Source: Ranitomeya imitator (lineage: Eukaryota). From it: DNA of 64,000 bases. Shown piece by piece: positions 22,601-32,794 of the stretch. The number at the start of each line of letters is the position of its first letter. Positions within the stretch are counted from its first letter, which is position 1. Below the pieces are notes generated by a model. That model did not search any database. It saw only the letters and a list, made by a program, of their open reading frames with translations, and was not told the origin of the DNA. Made by a program: the position numbers and the translations under genes. The DNA is taken from contig NC_091283.1 of the NCBI RefSeq assembly GCF_032444005.1, positions 162,254,001 to 162,318,000 on the forward strand, given 5' to 3'.

Positions 22601-24003
22601 TTGCCAGGACGAATCAATGCGTCATACATAGCGGGACGGCACAGCACAGCACAGATCCTCCTTCACTTCCCTTGGATGCGTCTCTCCACATCCAAACTCA
22701 AATTGAGCAAGAGATTGCAACTCCCTAAAGAGGTTTCCAACATAAGGTTGTTTATACTGCAATGCACAACTGATGTAGAACTACAACTCCTAGCACTGCA
22801 GTTATCAGATTGCTGACAGTAGCAGTCACACAAAGAGCTGAAAGTCAAAAGATTCAGACTTTAGAATCAGAACAAACCACTTCCATTACAGGGTGCGGGA
22901 TTGATGTAAAGTGTATTAGAAAGTTGTGAAACTTTTAAGGATAAGGGTGAATGAAGCACTGAGCTGACGGCCTCCACTGCGCGCCCTGCCCACGGCCCAC
23001 ACTGCGCGCCCTGCCCACGGCCCACGCTGCGCGCCCTGCCCTCGCTGCGCGCCCTGCCCACGGCCCTCGCTGCGCGCACTGCCCACGGCCTACGCTGCGA
23101 GCACGGTCTACGCTGCGTGCACTGCCCACGGCCTACGCTGCGCGCCCTGCCCACGGCCTACGCTGCGCGCCCTGCCCACGGCCTACGCTGCGCACCCTGC
23201 CCACGGCCTACGCTGCGCACCCTGCCCACGCTGTGCGCAATGCCCACGGCCTCCGCTGCGCGCAATGCCCACGGCCTCCGCTGAGCGCAATGCCCACGGC
23301 CTCCGCTGAGCGCAATGCCCACGGCCTATGCTGCGAGCACGGTCTACGCTGTGTGCACTGCCCACGGCCTATGCTGCATGCGCTGCCCACGGCCTCCACT
23401 GCGAGCGCTGCCCACGGCCTCCACTGCGAGCGCTGCCCACGGCCTCCACTGCGAGCGCTGCCCACGGCCTCCACTGCGAGCGCTGCCCACGGCCTCCACT
23501 GCGAGCGCTGCCCACGGCCTCCACTGCGAGCGCTGCCCACGGCCTCCACTGCGAGCGCTGCCCACGGCCTCCACTGCGAGCGCTGCCCACGGCCTCCACT
23601 GCGAGCGCTGCCCACGGCCTCCACTGCGCGCACTGCCCATGGCCTATGCTGCATGCACTGCCCAAGCTGCATGCACTGCCCACGCTGCATGCACTGCCCA
23701 CGCTGCATGCACTGCCCACGCTGCAATCACTGCCAACTTGCCAACTGCTTCCACTGACCACAACCACATTACAACGGAAATCAAGTAGTGAGGAACTACA
23801 AGGCTCAGCATGTCAAGGAACACCCAGCTTATAGTACCACACAGGCTCTGAGTGTCTATAAGTCACAGTAATTGTTGGGTTTTTCACACTTTATGTCAAA
23901 CCAGCCTCTATGACAGTGAGTGGAGGGGCCCCCAGCTCTCAGGGGCCACTTACCCTCCAGTAGGAGATAAAAAGTCAGCATCCTCCTCGTCTGGCCCAAA
24001 CAT
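1693..24003 (-). CDS. FKBP15: FK506-binding protein 15 (FKBP15/WAFL), coding exons 1-15; gene continues beyond the left edge
   Basis: Hand-traced exons: 23954-24003 ([16 protein letters not shown]), 14122-14231 ([11 protein letters not shown]...[10 protein letters not shown]), 13891-13972, 13005-13074, 12843-12917 ([14 protein letters not shown]), 12129-12227, 11904-12053, 11587-11655, 10975-11118 ([15 protein letters not shown]...LVFEVEVKR), 3482-3609, 3319-3367, 2779-2898 ([18 protein letters not shown]), 2242-2338, 2041-2138, 1693-1798. All GT-AG with matching phases. Peptides match vertebrate FKBP15 as I recall it. Confidence 0.97.
2945..3318 (-). repeat. 69-bp tandem repeat (about 4 copies plus shorter degenerate units) filling FKBP15 intron 11
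   Basis: CAGGTCAC(C/T)TACT recurs at 3031, 3100, 3169, 3238 and 3307. The unit resembles the exon 11/intron 11 junction. Confidence 0.9.
4583..5210. repeat. GC-rich minisatellite, regular 69-bp higher-order repeat (27+15+27 bp), about 9 copies
   Basis: Units GGAGCCAAGAGCAGAGACGCTGGAGGC and AGAGACGCTGGAGGC in a fixed order. The translation repeats every 23 aa. Confidence 0.95.
5211..8065 (-). mobile_element. Young 5'-truncated CR1 LINE
   Basis: Uninterrupted ORF2 from the endonuclease (GITETW, GVCYKPP, GDFN, LDL, SDH) through RT (QGSVLGP, FADD) to the stop at 5332. Short 3' UTR and (ACTATGTT)n tail at 5211-5243. Confidence 0.95.
5332..8065 (-). CDS. CR1 ORF2 (APE endonuclease plus reverse transcriptase), N-terminally truncated, no ATG of its own at the 5' end
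   Basis: C-terminal ~910 aa of track ORF 5332..9774, with no stop or frameshift. Confidence 0.85.
8066..9480. repeat. Second arm of the 27/15-bp minisatellite, with GACAC/GAGAC variant blocks
   Basis: Same monomers as 4583-5210 but irregular order. The unit is stop-free in all six frames. Confidence 0.95.
10551..10867. mobile_element. Palindromic CpG-rich Harbinger/Tourist-type MITE
   Basis: TIRs GGCTACGTTCACATTAGCG / CGCTAATGTGAACGTAGCC, TAA at 10548-10550 and 10868-10870. Confidence 0.85.
13125..13800. repeat. About 78-bp dispersed minisatellite, copy 1 (opposite orientation to the other arrays), with a short inverted tail
   Basis: Unit GATCCTGAGTTACATCCTGTATTATACCCCAGAGCTGCACTCACTATTCTGCTGGTGCAGTCACTGTGTACATACATTACT. 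Inverted fragment at about 13777-13800. Confidence 0.92.
14945..15460 (+). repeat. Diverged 51-54-bp minisatellite whose units carry a CTCF-like core
   Basis: CCACTAG-type motifs recur at about 14949, 15053, 15102, 15205, 15257, 15310, 15364 and 15418. Confidence 0.8.
16587..18791 (-). CDS. DIRS A tyrosine recombinase ORF (catalytic part about 16587-17640; upstream part overlaps pol)
   Basis: [12 protein letters not shown] (R), KAHSTRSTS (H-x-x-R), ATWSS and FTKHYRLD (Y). Confidence 0.9.
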   Translation of the reverse strand: MDSKPEKISAVTIEGEEIPWSPPGFRRSKVLLTRGTSDKFNFQGLTLQETTFSVLTNCNVPSGIDDGLYTISPVGSEPLQSSAGAHLRELEWESKFLKQKSLHSREGKGLVNLVVDPIKPAEGCRLGARSANYGDNRRQSKRLGSSGLTNPIPGSLESERKLQFLQPQRIVSSGEGPSGSQQSHYRSTCQNLFGQYDDCRASKTPGESKVQPTKSNIKQDILLGRETSPLTFSVTPQGVGERPGRSPKPSRLASRRMEPEDGRFQNVDRQVGSSRYRPSSVQPECTGRELLLPKPQRQVSGSRRLCSYLEVPSGLRVPSNTVTGEDPPEDPGRSGPDYPSSSSVAEEELVPPHRRIKGGRSSLSSGIRRSSLLGPLLSPGATEVQTGSLAIEAQVLRAKGLSESVISTLQKSRKPITNAIYGKIWKRFSSWCHPHKPDPFHPNISQILDFLQKGLELGLKPSTLKVQVSALSSVFDQDLAGQSWIKRFMVAASRHCPRKQIFVPSWDLNIVLKGLTAPPFEQLSSCSSHLLSCKTAFLVAISTARRVGEIQALSIREPYLTIRDDSIVFRPDPCFLPKVVSEFHRSQDIVLPSFCHNPSNPEEHRFHTLDVRRIVLYYLDYTKLFRIDKNLFVHLSGRNKGKKVAKSTIANWIKKAISETYLNQNIAVPAGLKAHSTRSTSVSWAERAGASSEQICRAATWSSLHTFTKHYRLDFWSNQDLAFGRKVLQAVVPP
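17672..19555 (-). CDS. DIRS A reverse transcriptase / RNase H / methyltransferase-like ORF, with a late nonsense codon
   Basis: PYLDD, TTDAS, ELLAV, SDN, QADRLSR, IDLLAS, FPPIPLL. The frame continues past the TAG at 17672-17674 to a TAA at 17603-17605 and matches the C-terminus of DIRS B pol. Confidence 0.92.
   Translation of the reverse strand: MLRGSLKTSLFPNNHNKRSNDSDPVGGRLSNFVHSWQNISNSPWVVSVIQQGLLMEFDAPPPRIVRVTSLSSRETQKLMMAGIQDLLNSRAISLVPVNERGEGHYSRIFIVKKPSGQSRIIINLKALNRYITYRKFKMESVKTAIPLIAPHSYMATIDLKDAYFHIPIHPCHRKYLRFAVQFNQKILHFQYNVLPFGISSAPRVFSRVMAEAVAHIRSQDIAIVPYLDDLLIIGPSAEVLNQRVSKTLNILQGLGWIPNLKKSRLSPSKVRKFLGVLLDSEGQKSFLPEEHRINLISKVSHFRKQRSPSLRTAMSLLGSMTACIQSVQWAQSHSRVLQAHILGNWNGNPNSLNRRVYTPGKVKASLTWWSIQSNLLKGVDWVQDPLITVTTDASQKGWGAVVSQIPFQGHWNQRESSSSSNLRELLAVERALLAASSLIIGQHVRIYSDNMTTVAHLKHQGSPKFNQLKAISNRIFCWAEKHLLSLSALHLKGSVNVQADRLSRHDLHPGEWSLKTDAFKMLTDRWGLPDIDLLASSQNAQVENYFSLNPKDRSQGVDAFAHTWRFHLAYGFPPIPLLAKTLRKIRDDQVQTILVAPAWPKRSWYHLIEELKVDGPVFLQVSEDLLC
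19494..20846 (-). CDS. DIRS A gag-like ORF1: predicted two exons (20796-20846 and from 20719), frameshifted at about 20645
   Basis: Track ORF 19494..20648 gives the body (LFGEELD-like [11 protein letters not shown] region). The upstream ATG exon and 76-nt GT-AG intron were read by hand, followed by [17 protein letters not shown]. Confidence 0.75.
22968..23735. repeat. GC-rich 25-bp minisatellite (18-bp units at the right end) in FKBP15 intron 1, upstream of SLC31A1
   Basis: Units such as CTGCGCGCCCTGCCCACGGCCTACG and CTGCGAGCGCTGCCCACGGCCTCCA. Confidence 0.93.
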
Positions 24004-24059
24004 GACAGCAGCAAAGCAGTGTAGACCCGGAGCAGCAACCCCCACCGCCAGTCAGCTGC

Positions 24060-24400
24060 CTCTTCCGGGTTGCCTGACAGTCACGGGGTAGTCAGCTGAC
24101 ACCCTATACTCCCATGCTGATCTCGTTTTACAGCTGCTGTAAAGCAAACGTCGGAAATTAATGTAAAAAAGTATCACGTGGCGTCTACAGCTTTCGACGG
24201 AACGCAGGCGTGGTGATTCACACCTCGCTGTGGTCAGCCAATCAGAGTGCGGCTGCCTGGGGTTGTAGAAGATGATTGGCAGGAGAGGGCGCGGCTTGCT
24301 GTGAGGATTCATTGAGTGATTCTGGTCACGCTCCACCCTGCCGTGACGTCAATGGGCGGGGTCTTGTCGGCTGCTCTCCCGGAGTCGGCGGCGCTGGCAG
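24060..24400. promoter_or_regulatory. Bidirectional CpG-rich promoter shared by FKBP15 and SLC31A1
   Basis: Lies between the FKBP15 ATG (24003) and a plus-strand donor at 24456. E-box CACGTG 24175-24180, CCAAT boxes on both strands (about 24238 and 24276), CRE TGACGTCA 24344-24351, GC box GGGCGGGG 24354-24361. Confidence 0.75.
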
Positions 24401-24455
24401 TGGCTGTGGAGGTCGGAGGTGACAGCGGTCAGTGAGCGGCGGTGGCAGCAGCCTG
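24360..24455 (+). other. SLC31A1: Probable non-coding exon 1 of SLC31A1 (5' end uncertain)
   Basis: GC-rich leader ending in CTG|GTGAGG at 24455/24456. The next recognisable exon starts at 45879, implying an intron of about 21 kb. Confidence 0.55.
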
Positions 24456-27400
24456 GTGAGGAGGCAGAAGCCCGGGCATTGTGCTGGGGGCTAAACTGTG
24501 AGAGGTGTGGAAAGTGACAGGCAGAGTTCACCTGTGTCATCCTCCTAGGTGGTCGGTGAGCGGCTCTGCGCCCTGTGGTTGTAGGTCAGTGCTCTGCCGA
24601 CCCCAAATATCATGGAGCAGGGGGGGTGCAGCTGTGCTCTATGTTCCTGTCCTGGTTCCCAGTGTGCTATTATGTCATGGCTTAGTGGGGTCTCCCGCTA
24701 TTTCTGCCAGTGCAGTTGTCATGGTAACATCTTTGGGGGGCTCTCAGTGACGTCTTCTGAAGATTTCTGCTGGGTGTTGTAGTTCTCGGAAGTTCTCCGC
24801 CCATCAGACACCCTTGTGTCTGCGTTATGAGTGCAGGAGGGACCTCCCAAAGATTCTGTCTGGTCATGTGGGCGGATGTGCTCAGTTATTAATCATGGGA
24901 CCCCATAACGGGGAGACCTGGATATTTAGGACCCCGTTATTAAAGGCACACTCCGCTAACAATGTTGCATCACTTGTTGCCTTGCACTTTTCTGTGTCGG
25001 CAGAAACTGATGGGTGTAATTTGCGACCTATCCCTTTAAAGTCCTGAGGGTTAGGAGTCCTTGGGGTGGAGTCACTGGTTGACAGCGGCTTCATTTGCTT
25101 TCTGATCTCGCTGGCTTTGTTCTTGTGAGTCTTGTAATTAACATTTCTACTAAAATTGTGTGAATCCCCCCCCCCCCAGACTGGGAGTAAATTAAAGGGA
25201 ACGCTTTAGACAATCCAAGGCGGGTGCAGTCCAGGAGGTTTTGGCACCAGCTGGTCCTCTGTGACATCTTGGCTGCGCCCCAGTGCTGGGTCATCCGATG
25301 ATATCGCCGCTAGCTCGTTACGAGGTATTAGCTCCCTGTAATTACATCTGGCCGCGCACAAAATGGGGGTGCGACACCACACTGCTAATATTGGTCATAT
25401 GGTGCTGACAGTTACAGTATGTGCAGGCGCCATATAGCGCTCACGTCATCCAACTGTTATGGTTCATGCTGTGCTGCTGCATTAGTAATAGTGCCACATG
25501 GCGCCAATGTAGTACTGTAATACAATGCCAATATAGCTAATGTCACATAGGAAGCATAGTGCCAATAGTAGTAAAGAATAACTCCACATGGGCGCTGTGT
25601 TAAATAGTCGCCAACAGTCTAGGGCCATATAATACATAACAGTGCCATTAGTAGTAAAATGTTGCCATGTACAGGTGCTTCTCACTAAATTAGAATATCA
25701 TCAAAAAGTGAATTTATTTCAGTTCTTAAATACAAAAAGTGAAACTCGTATATTATATAGAGTCATTACAAAGAGAATGACCTATTTCAAGTGTTTATTT
25801 CTGTTAATGTTGATGATTATGGCTTACAGCTGATGATAACCCAAAAGTCATTATCTCAGTAAATTAGAATACTTTATAACACCAGCTTGAAAAATGATTT
25901 TTACATCCGAAATGTTGGCCTACTGAAATGTATGTTCAGTAAATGCACTCAATACTTGGTCGGGGCTCCTTTGGCATCAATTACTGTATCAGTGCGGCGT
26001 GGCATGGAGGTGATCAGCCTGTGGCACTGCTGAGGGGTTATGGAAGCCCAGGTTGCTTTGATAGCAGCCTTCAGCTCAAAAGTGAAGGACAGCATCCAAT
26101 CCGGGTGAAATATCAAAAATTCTTTATTTTGCCAGATGCCAATTAACCCCTTTCTGACATTAGACTTACTATCCCGTCGAGGTTGGGTGGGCCCCTATGA
26201 CTACCGACGGGATAGTACGTCATATGCGATCGGCAGCGCTCACGGGGGGAGCGCCGCCGATTGCGGCCGGGTGTCAGCTGTTTATCGCAGCTGACATCCG
26301 GCACTATGTGCCAGGAGCGGTCACAGACCGCCCCCGGCACATTAACCCCTGGCACACCGCGATCAAAGATGATCGCGATGTGCCGGCGGTATAGGGAAGC
26401 TTCCCGCAGGGAGGGGGCTCCCTGCGGGCTTCCCTGAGCCCCCCGCAGCAACGCGATGTGATCGCGTTGCTGCAAGGGTCTTACCTCCCTCCCTGCCTGC
26501 TCCAGCCCCGGATCCAAGATGGCCGCGGATCCGGGTCCTGCAGGGAGGGAGGTGGCTTCACAGAGCCTGCTCAGAGCAGGCACTGTGAAGCCTGCAGTGC
26601 TGTAAGATCAGTGATCTGACAGAGTGCTGTGCAAGCTGTCAGATCATTGATCTGTGATGTCCCCCCCTGGGACAAAATAAAAAAGTAAAAAAAAAAATTT
26701 CCAAATGTGTAAAAAATAAAAAAAAATATTCCTAAATAATGAAAAAAAAAAAAAATATTATTCCCATAAATACATTTCTTCATCTAAATAAAAAAAACAA
26801 AACAATAAAAGTACAAATATTTAGTATCGCCGCGTCCATAACGACCCAACCCATAAAACTGGCCCACTAGTTAACCCCTTCAGTAAACACCATAAGAAAA
26901 AAAAAAAATAAAACGAGGCAAAAAACAACGCTTTATTATCATACCGCCGAACAAAAAGTGGAATAACACGCGATCAAAAAGACAGATATAAATAAACATG
27001 GTACCGCTGAAAACGTCATCTTGTCCCGCAAAAAAACGAGACGCCATACAGCATCATCAGCAAAAAAATAAAAAAGTTATAGTCCTGAGAATAAAACGAT
27101 GCAAAAATAATTATTTTTTTCTGTAAAATAGTTTTTATTGTATAAAAGCGCCAAAACATAAAAAAATGATATAAATGAGGTGACGCTGTAATCGTACTGA
27201 CCCGAAGAATAAAACTGCTTTATCAATTTTACCAAACGCGGAATGGTATAAACGCCTTCCCCAAAAGAAATTCATGAATAGCTGGTTTTTGGTCATTCTT
27301 CCTCACAAAAATCGGAATAAAAAGCGATCAAAAAATGTCACGTGCCCGAAAATGTTACCAATAAAAACGTCAACTCGTCCCGCAAAAAACAAGACCTCAC

Positions 27401-27613
27401 ATGACTCTGTGGACCAAAATATGGAAAAATTATAGCTCTCAAAATGTGGTAACGCAAAAAATATTTTTTGCAATAAAAAGCGTCTTTCAGTGAGTGACGG
27501 CTGCAATCATAAAAATCCGCTAAAAAACTCGCTATAAAAGTAAATCAAACCCCCCTTCATCACCCCCTTAGTTAGGGAAACATTAAAAAAATGTATTTAT
27601 TTCCATTTTCCCA

Positions 27614-27817
27614 TTAGGGTTAGGGCTAGGGTTGGGGTTAGGGTTGGGGTTAGGGCTAGGGTTAGGGCTAGGGTTGGGGCTAAAGTTAGGGTTAGGGTTT
27701 AGATTACATTTACAGTTGGGAATAGGGTTGGGATAAGGGTTAGGGGTGTGTCAGGGTTAGAGGTGTGGTTAGGGTTACTGTTGGAATTAGGGTTAGGGGT
27801 GTGTTTGGATTAGGGTT
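27614..27817 (+). repeat. Interstitial telomere-like repeat (TTAGGG/CTAGGG/TTGGGG)
   Basis: About 14 near-contiguous GGG-containing hexamers at 27614-27700, degenerating to 27817. Confidence 0.9.
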
Positions 27818-27839
27818 TCAGTTATAATTTGGTGGGTTT

Positions 27840-28990
27840 CCACTGTTTAGGCACATCAGGGGCCCTCCAAACACGACATGGCGTCCGATCTCAATTCCAG
27901 CCAATTCTGCGTTGAAAAAGTAAAACAGTGCTCCTTCCCTTCCGAGCTCTCCCGTGTACCCAAACAGGGGTTTACCCCAACATATGGGGTATCAGCGTAC
28001 TCAGGACAAATAGGACAACAACTTTTGGGATCCAATTTCTCCTGTTACCCTCGGGAAAATATAAAACTGGGGGCTAAAAAATAATTTTTGTGGGAAAAAA
28101 TTTGGCTGTAAAGCCCTTGGTGGGTCAAAGCGCTCACCACACATCTAGATAAGTTCCTTAGGGGGTCTACTTTCCAAAATGGTGTCACTTGTGGGGGGTT
28201 TCAATGTTTAGGCACATCAGTGGCTCTCTAAACGCAACATGGCGTCCCATCTCAATTCCTGTCAATTTTGCATTGAAAAGTCAAATGGCGCTCCTTCCCT
28301 TCTGAGCTCTCCCATGCGCCCAAACAGTGGTTTACCCCCACATATGGGGTATCAGCGTACTCAGGACAAATTGTACAACAACTTTTGGGGTCCAATTTCT
28401 TCTCTTACCCTTGGGAAAATAAAAAATTGGGGGCGAAAAGATAATGTTTGTGAAAAAATGATTTTTTATTTTTACGGTTCTGCATTATAAACTTCTGTGA
28501 AGCACTTGGTGGGTCAAAGTGCTCACCACACCTCTAGATAAGTTCCTTAGGGGGTCTACTTTCCAAAATGGTGTCACTTGTGGGGGGTTTCAATGTTTAG
28601 GCACATCAGGGGCTCTCCAAACGCAACATGGTGTCCCATCTCGATTCCAGTCAATTTTGCATTGAAAAGTCAAATGGCGCTCCTTCGCTTCCGAGCTCTG
28701 TCATGCGCCCAAACAGTGGTTTACCCCCACATATGGGGTATCGGTGTACTCAGGACAAATTGTACAACAACTTTTGACGTCCATTTTCTCCTGTTACCCT
28801 TGGTAAAATAAAACAAATTGGAGCTGAAGTAAATTTTTTGTGAAAAAAAGTTAAATGTTCATTTTTATTTAAACATTCCAAAAATTCCTGTGAAGCACCA
28901 GAAGGGTTAATAAACTTCTTGAATATGGTTTTGAGCACCGTGAGGGCTGCAGTTTTTAGAATGGTGTCACACTTGGGTATTTTCTGTCAT
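27840..28990. repeat. Three about 360-390-bp tandem units inside the piggyBac-like element
   Basis: TTTAGGCACATCAG...AAAC(A/G)C(G/A)ACATGG recurs at about 27846, 28207 and 28595. Confidence 0.85.
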
Positions 28991-31900
28991 ATAGACCCCT
29001 CAAAATGACTTCAAATGAGATGTGGTCCCTAAAAAAAAAAAAAAAAAAAAAAAAAATGGTGTTGTAAAAATGAGAAATTGCTGGTCAACTTTTAACCCTT
29101 AACTCCCTAACAAAAAAAATTTTGGTTCCAAAATTGTGCTGATGTAAAGTAGACATGTGGGAAATATTACTTATTAAGTATTTTGTGTGACATATCTCTG
29201 TGATTTAATTGCATAAAAATTCAAAGTTGGAAAATTGCGAAATTTTCATAATTTTCGCCAAATTTCCGTTTTTTTCCCACAAATAAACGCAGGTACTATC
29301 AAAGAATTTTTACCACTATCATGAAGTACAATATGTCACGAGAAAACAATGTCAGAATCACTGGGATCCGTTGAAGCGTTCCAGAGTTATAACCTCATAA
29401 AGGGACAGTGGTCAGAATTGTAAAAATTGGCCCGGTCATTAACGTGCAAACCATCCTTGGAGGTAAAGGGGTTAAATGACAAAATAAAGAATTTTTGATA
29501 TTTCACCGGATTGGATGCTGTCCACTTCTTTTTTTGGTAGGTTATTCTTCATTGGGTCCAGTGGAACTAGGACTTGCATCCACATATCTGATGTGCTGTC
29601 GGCTATCTCTTAATCGGCAGCCTTCAGCACGTCTGCATTGTTGGGTCTGGTGTCTCGTCTTCCTCTTGACAATGCCCTATAGATCCTCTATGTGGTTAAG
29701 GTCAGGGCGAGTTTGCTGGCAAATCAAGCACAGTGATACTGTTGTTTGTAAACCAGGTATTGGTACTTTTGGCAGTGTGGACAGGTGCCAAGTCCTGCTA
29801 GAGAATTACATTTCCATCTCCAAAAAGCTTGTCGGCAGAGGGAATCATGAAGTGCTCTAAAATTTCCTGGCAGACGGCTGCGCTGACTTTGGTTTTGATA
29901 AAACACAGTGGACCTACACCAGCAGATGACATGGCTCCCAAACCATCACTGATTGTGGAAACTTCACACTAGACCTCCAGCAGCTTGGATTGTGGCCTCT
30001 CCACTCTTCCTCCAGACTCTGGGACCTTGATTTCGAAATGAAATACAAAATTTACTTTCCTTGTGGAGTGTGTCAATGACGGCCGTCTGAACATCTGTCA
30101 AGTCAGCAGTCTTCCCCATGATTGTGGAGGCTACTGAAACAGACTAAGGGACCTTTTTAAGCACTTAGGAAGCCTTTGCAGTGTTGTTTGTTAATTATTC
30201 TAATTTACTGGGATAATGAGTTTTGGGTTTTCATTGGCTGTAAGCCATAATCACCAACATTAACAGAAACAGACACGTGAAATAGATCACATTGTCTGTA
30301 ATGACTCTATATAAGGAGTTTCACTTTTTGTGTTGAACTGAAATAAATGAACTTTTTGATGATATTCTAATGTTGCGAGAAGCACCTGTCTGTATGGTCC
30401 TTGTTTACTGGGCACAGTCATGTGGAGCAGAAAAGGCTCTTTCCCAAAACTGTTCTCACGAAGCAGGAAGCTACAATTGTCCAGAATGTTTGGTGCTGAA
30501 GAATTAAGATTTTACCGCACTGGAACTAAGGGGCCGAGGCCGACACCGATAACAGCTCCGTAGCATTTTCCTCTTCCACCAAACTGTGCATTCTCTTGGC
30601 ATTCACTAAATTGAGACTCGTTTATCAGACGCCAGTTAGAGAAGTGCGATACATCACTGCACAGAACACATCTCCTCCAGAGTGCAGTGGTGGAAGCTTT
30701 CCACCACTCCATCCGACACTCGGCATTGTGGTTGGTGATGTAAGGCTGCATGAAACTCCCAGCGGAAGCGCAGCGTTTGTGCTGATGTTAATACCAGAGG
30801 AGTTCTGGGCTCTGCAGTTATGGGATCAGCAGAGCGGTGGTGACTTTTGTCGGCCCCTGCTATATAATGTTATGGGGTCTCCACTTTGTGGCCGAGGTGC
30901 GGCAGAAATGACCGTCATACGACACTCACCCTGTAAATCTGTCATTTGACGTGACCTCAGGGATGGGCCCCATGAGTGGCCCTTGTCACAGCCCCTGAGT
31001 ACAGATGCCCTCCCTGGCATTTTCCTCATAATTCGAATTCAGTAAACCCATAAACAATGATAAAATATAACTGCTGCATGGGCCACTACATAAATATCTT
31101 AGAGCCTGGAGGCCATTTTCTTTGCTTCCTTTACGGATTTAGCTCCTGAGTTCTGCAGATCTTGGCAGCTCATTCACAAGATTAACCCTCTGATTTTTGG
31201 GGTCAGGCTGTCCCCTGCCGAGGATTTGTCTGAGATTAAGGGGGTCATGTGAGGTCATTTTCTTTGCATGCTGTGTTCTGGTTCATTGTAGCTGCCGCTA
31301 ATGCGGTCACTTTTAACTCTCTTCCCCTCTGCCACATCTATGAATCCCTGTATATAGGGTCTGTAGGGGAGAGGGTCTGCATATTTGGTAAACGGGAACC
31401 CACCTGTGTGTATCCTAGCCCACATATTTGTACAGGCATTTGCATGGACATTGTGCCCGGCTTGTTGTGCTTGGCACCCGCAGTATTTGTTGCATAGTTT
31501 ACTTTGTGTTTTCTCACTGCCGGTTTCTGACCCAATCAGTACCTGCCATTACACACCTCCCTGGTATCATCCAGAATCCAAAATGTCATATGTTTCCAAT
31601 TTAACCCATTATTCACAAATATGGGAAAGTTTTTTGTTCGTTGATCCTCTAAAAGAGGAAAGAAGTCCTGGGGGTATAAAAACTTCATTCTCTGTCGCAT
31701 TGTTCGGTCATTAACGTTCCTGATCACATGGCTCAGGCCGCTTATTGCTCTGGCTTTCTGCATCCCGGGGGTTTAGGATCTTCAGACTATCGCAGCTATT
31801 GTGTAACTGTCCCTTTAAGACTTGGGGGTTATGGTTCTCTTTAGTAAACTTGAGTTTACTGTTGAGAAATAGATGGGGGGTTTGTTTGCATTTTTATTTA

Positions 31901-32794
31901 ACAACTTGTTTAACCAATATAATTAGAAACATTGTTGCAGATTCCTTAGGATAAAGTTGAGGTGTATTCCAAGGCTCTGTGTGTAGCTGCAGTTTCATGC
32001 TCTATTGTAGGAAAGTGACAAGTTGCAAAATCGCTAGGATCAAAGTTTACCCCCAACAAGGGATCCTGTGCCTGCGTGGTCCTTGCTGAGTAACCTCAAT
32101 AATATGTCAGCTATCATCAAATATGTGACTATTGTCTTACACTCCGGCTCAGCGCTCACAAACGGGCAGAACCCTCATTAATCTGCTACTGAGACTGGGA
32201 ACAGGGCCGTACAATAATGATTGTGTGTGGGCCGAAGTGAAAGTAAATGAGTACTCCGGTAACCAAAATATGAGGCAAAAATGAGATTCAGTGATAATGT
32301 AATACTGCCCCCTATGTACAAGAATATAACTGCTATAATACTGCCCCCTATGTACAAGAATATAACTACTATAATACTGCCCCTATGTACAAGAATATAA
32401 CTGCTAGAATACTGCCCCCTATGTACAAGAATATAACTGCTATAATACTGCCCCCTATGTACAAGAATATAACTACTATAATACTGCCCCTATGTACAAG
32501 AATATAACTGCTAGAATACTGCCCCCTATGTACAAGAATATAACTACTATAATACTGCCCCTATGTACAAGAATATAACTGCTAGAATACTGCCCCTATG
32601 TACAAGAATATAACTACTATAATACTGCCCCTATGTACAAGAATATAACTGCTAGAATACTGCCCCCTATGTACAAGAATATAACTGCTAGAATACTGCC
32701 CCCTATGTACAAGAATATAACTGCTATAATACTGCCCCCTATGTACAAGAATATAACTACTATAATTCTGCCCCTATGTACAAGATTATAACTA

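Larger units (their letters stand above)
26147..29471. mobile_element. Non-autonomous piggyBac-like DNA element (3.3 kb)
   Basis: TTAA at 26143-26146 and 29472-29475, terminal CCCCTTT / AAAGGGG, no transposase ORF. Contains telomere-like and about 360-390-bp tandem repeats. Confidence 0.8.
26084..29530. mobile_element. Short palindromic MITE (arms about 26084-26132 and 29477-29523) split by the piggyBac-like element
   Basis: GACAGCATCCAATCCGGGTGAAATATCAAAAATTCTTTATTTTG is mirrored as a reverse complement on the other side of the TTAA insertion. Confidence 0.6.
25672..30388 (-). mobile_element. Internally deleted Tc1 element hosting two nested insertions
   Basis: TIRs CAGGTGCTTCTCACTAAATTAGAATATCATCAAAAAGT and its near reverse complement ending at 30388. 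TA on the left. Decayed PANSPDLNHIE..GIVKRK transposase remnant on the minus strand at about 29660-29725. Confidence 0.85.

Noticed and set aside
23208-23834. Cys/His-rich ORFs (MHCPRC repeats) as a metallothionein-like gene beside CTR1
   Set aside because: Direct translations of 25- and 18-bp minisatellite units, seen in several frames, with no unique coding sequence or splice structure.
27614-27817. Relic of a chromosome end or fusion site
   Set aside because: Short, degenerate, single orientation, and internal to a TTAA-flanked element within an intron.
30420-32290. Possible decayed Tc1 and L1-like fragments
   Set aside because: Suggestive only; I could not recover continuous motifs or ends by eye. 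Needs RepeatMasker or tBLASTn.
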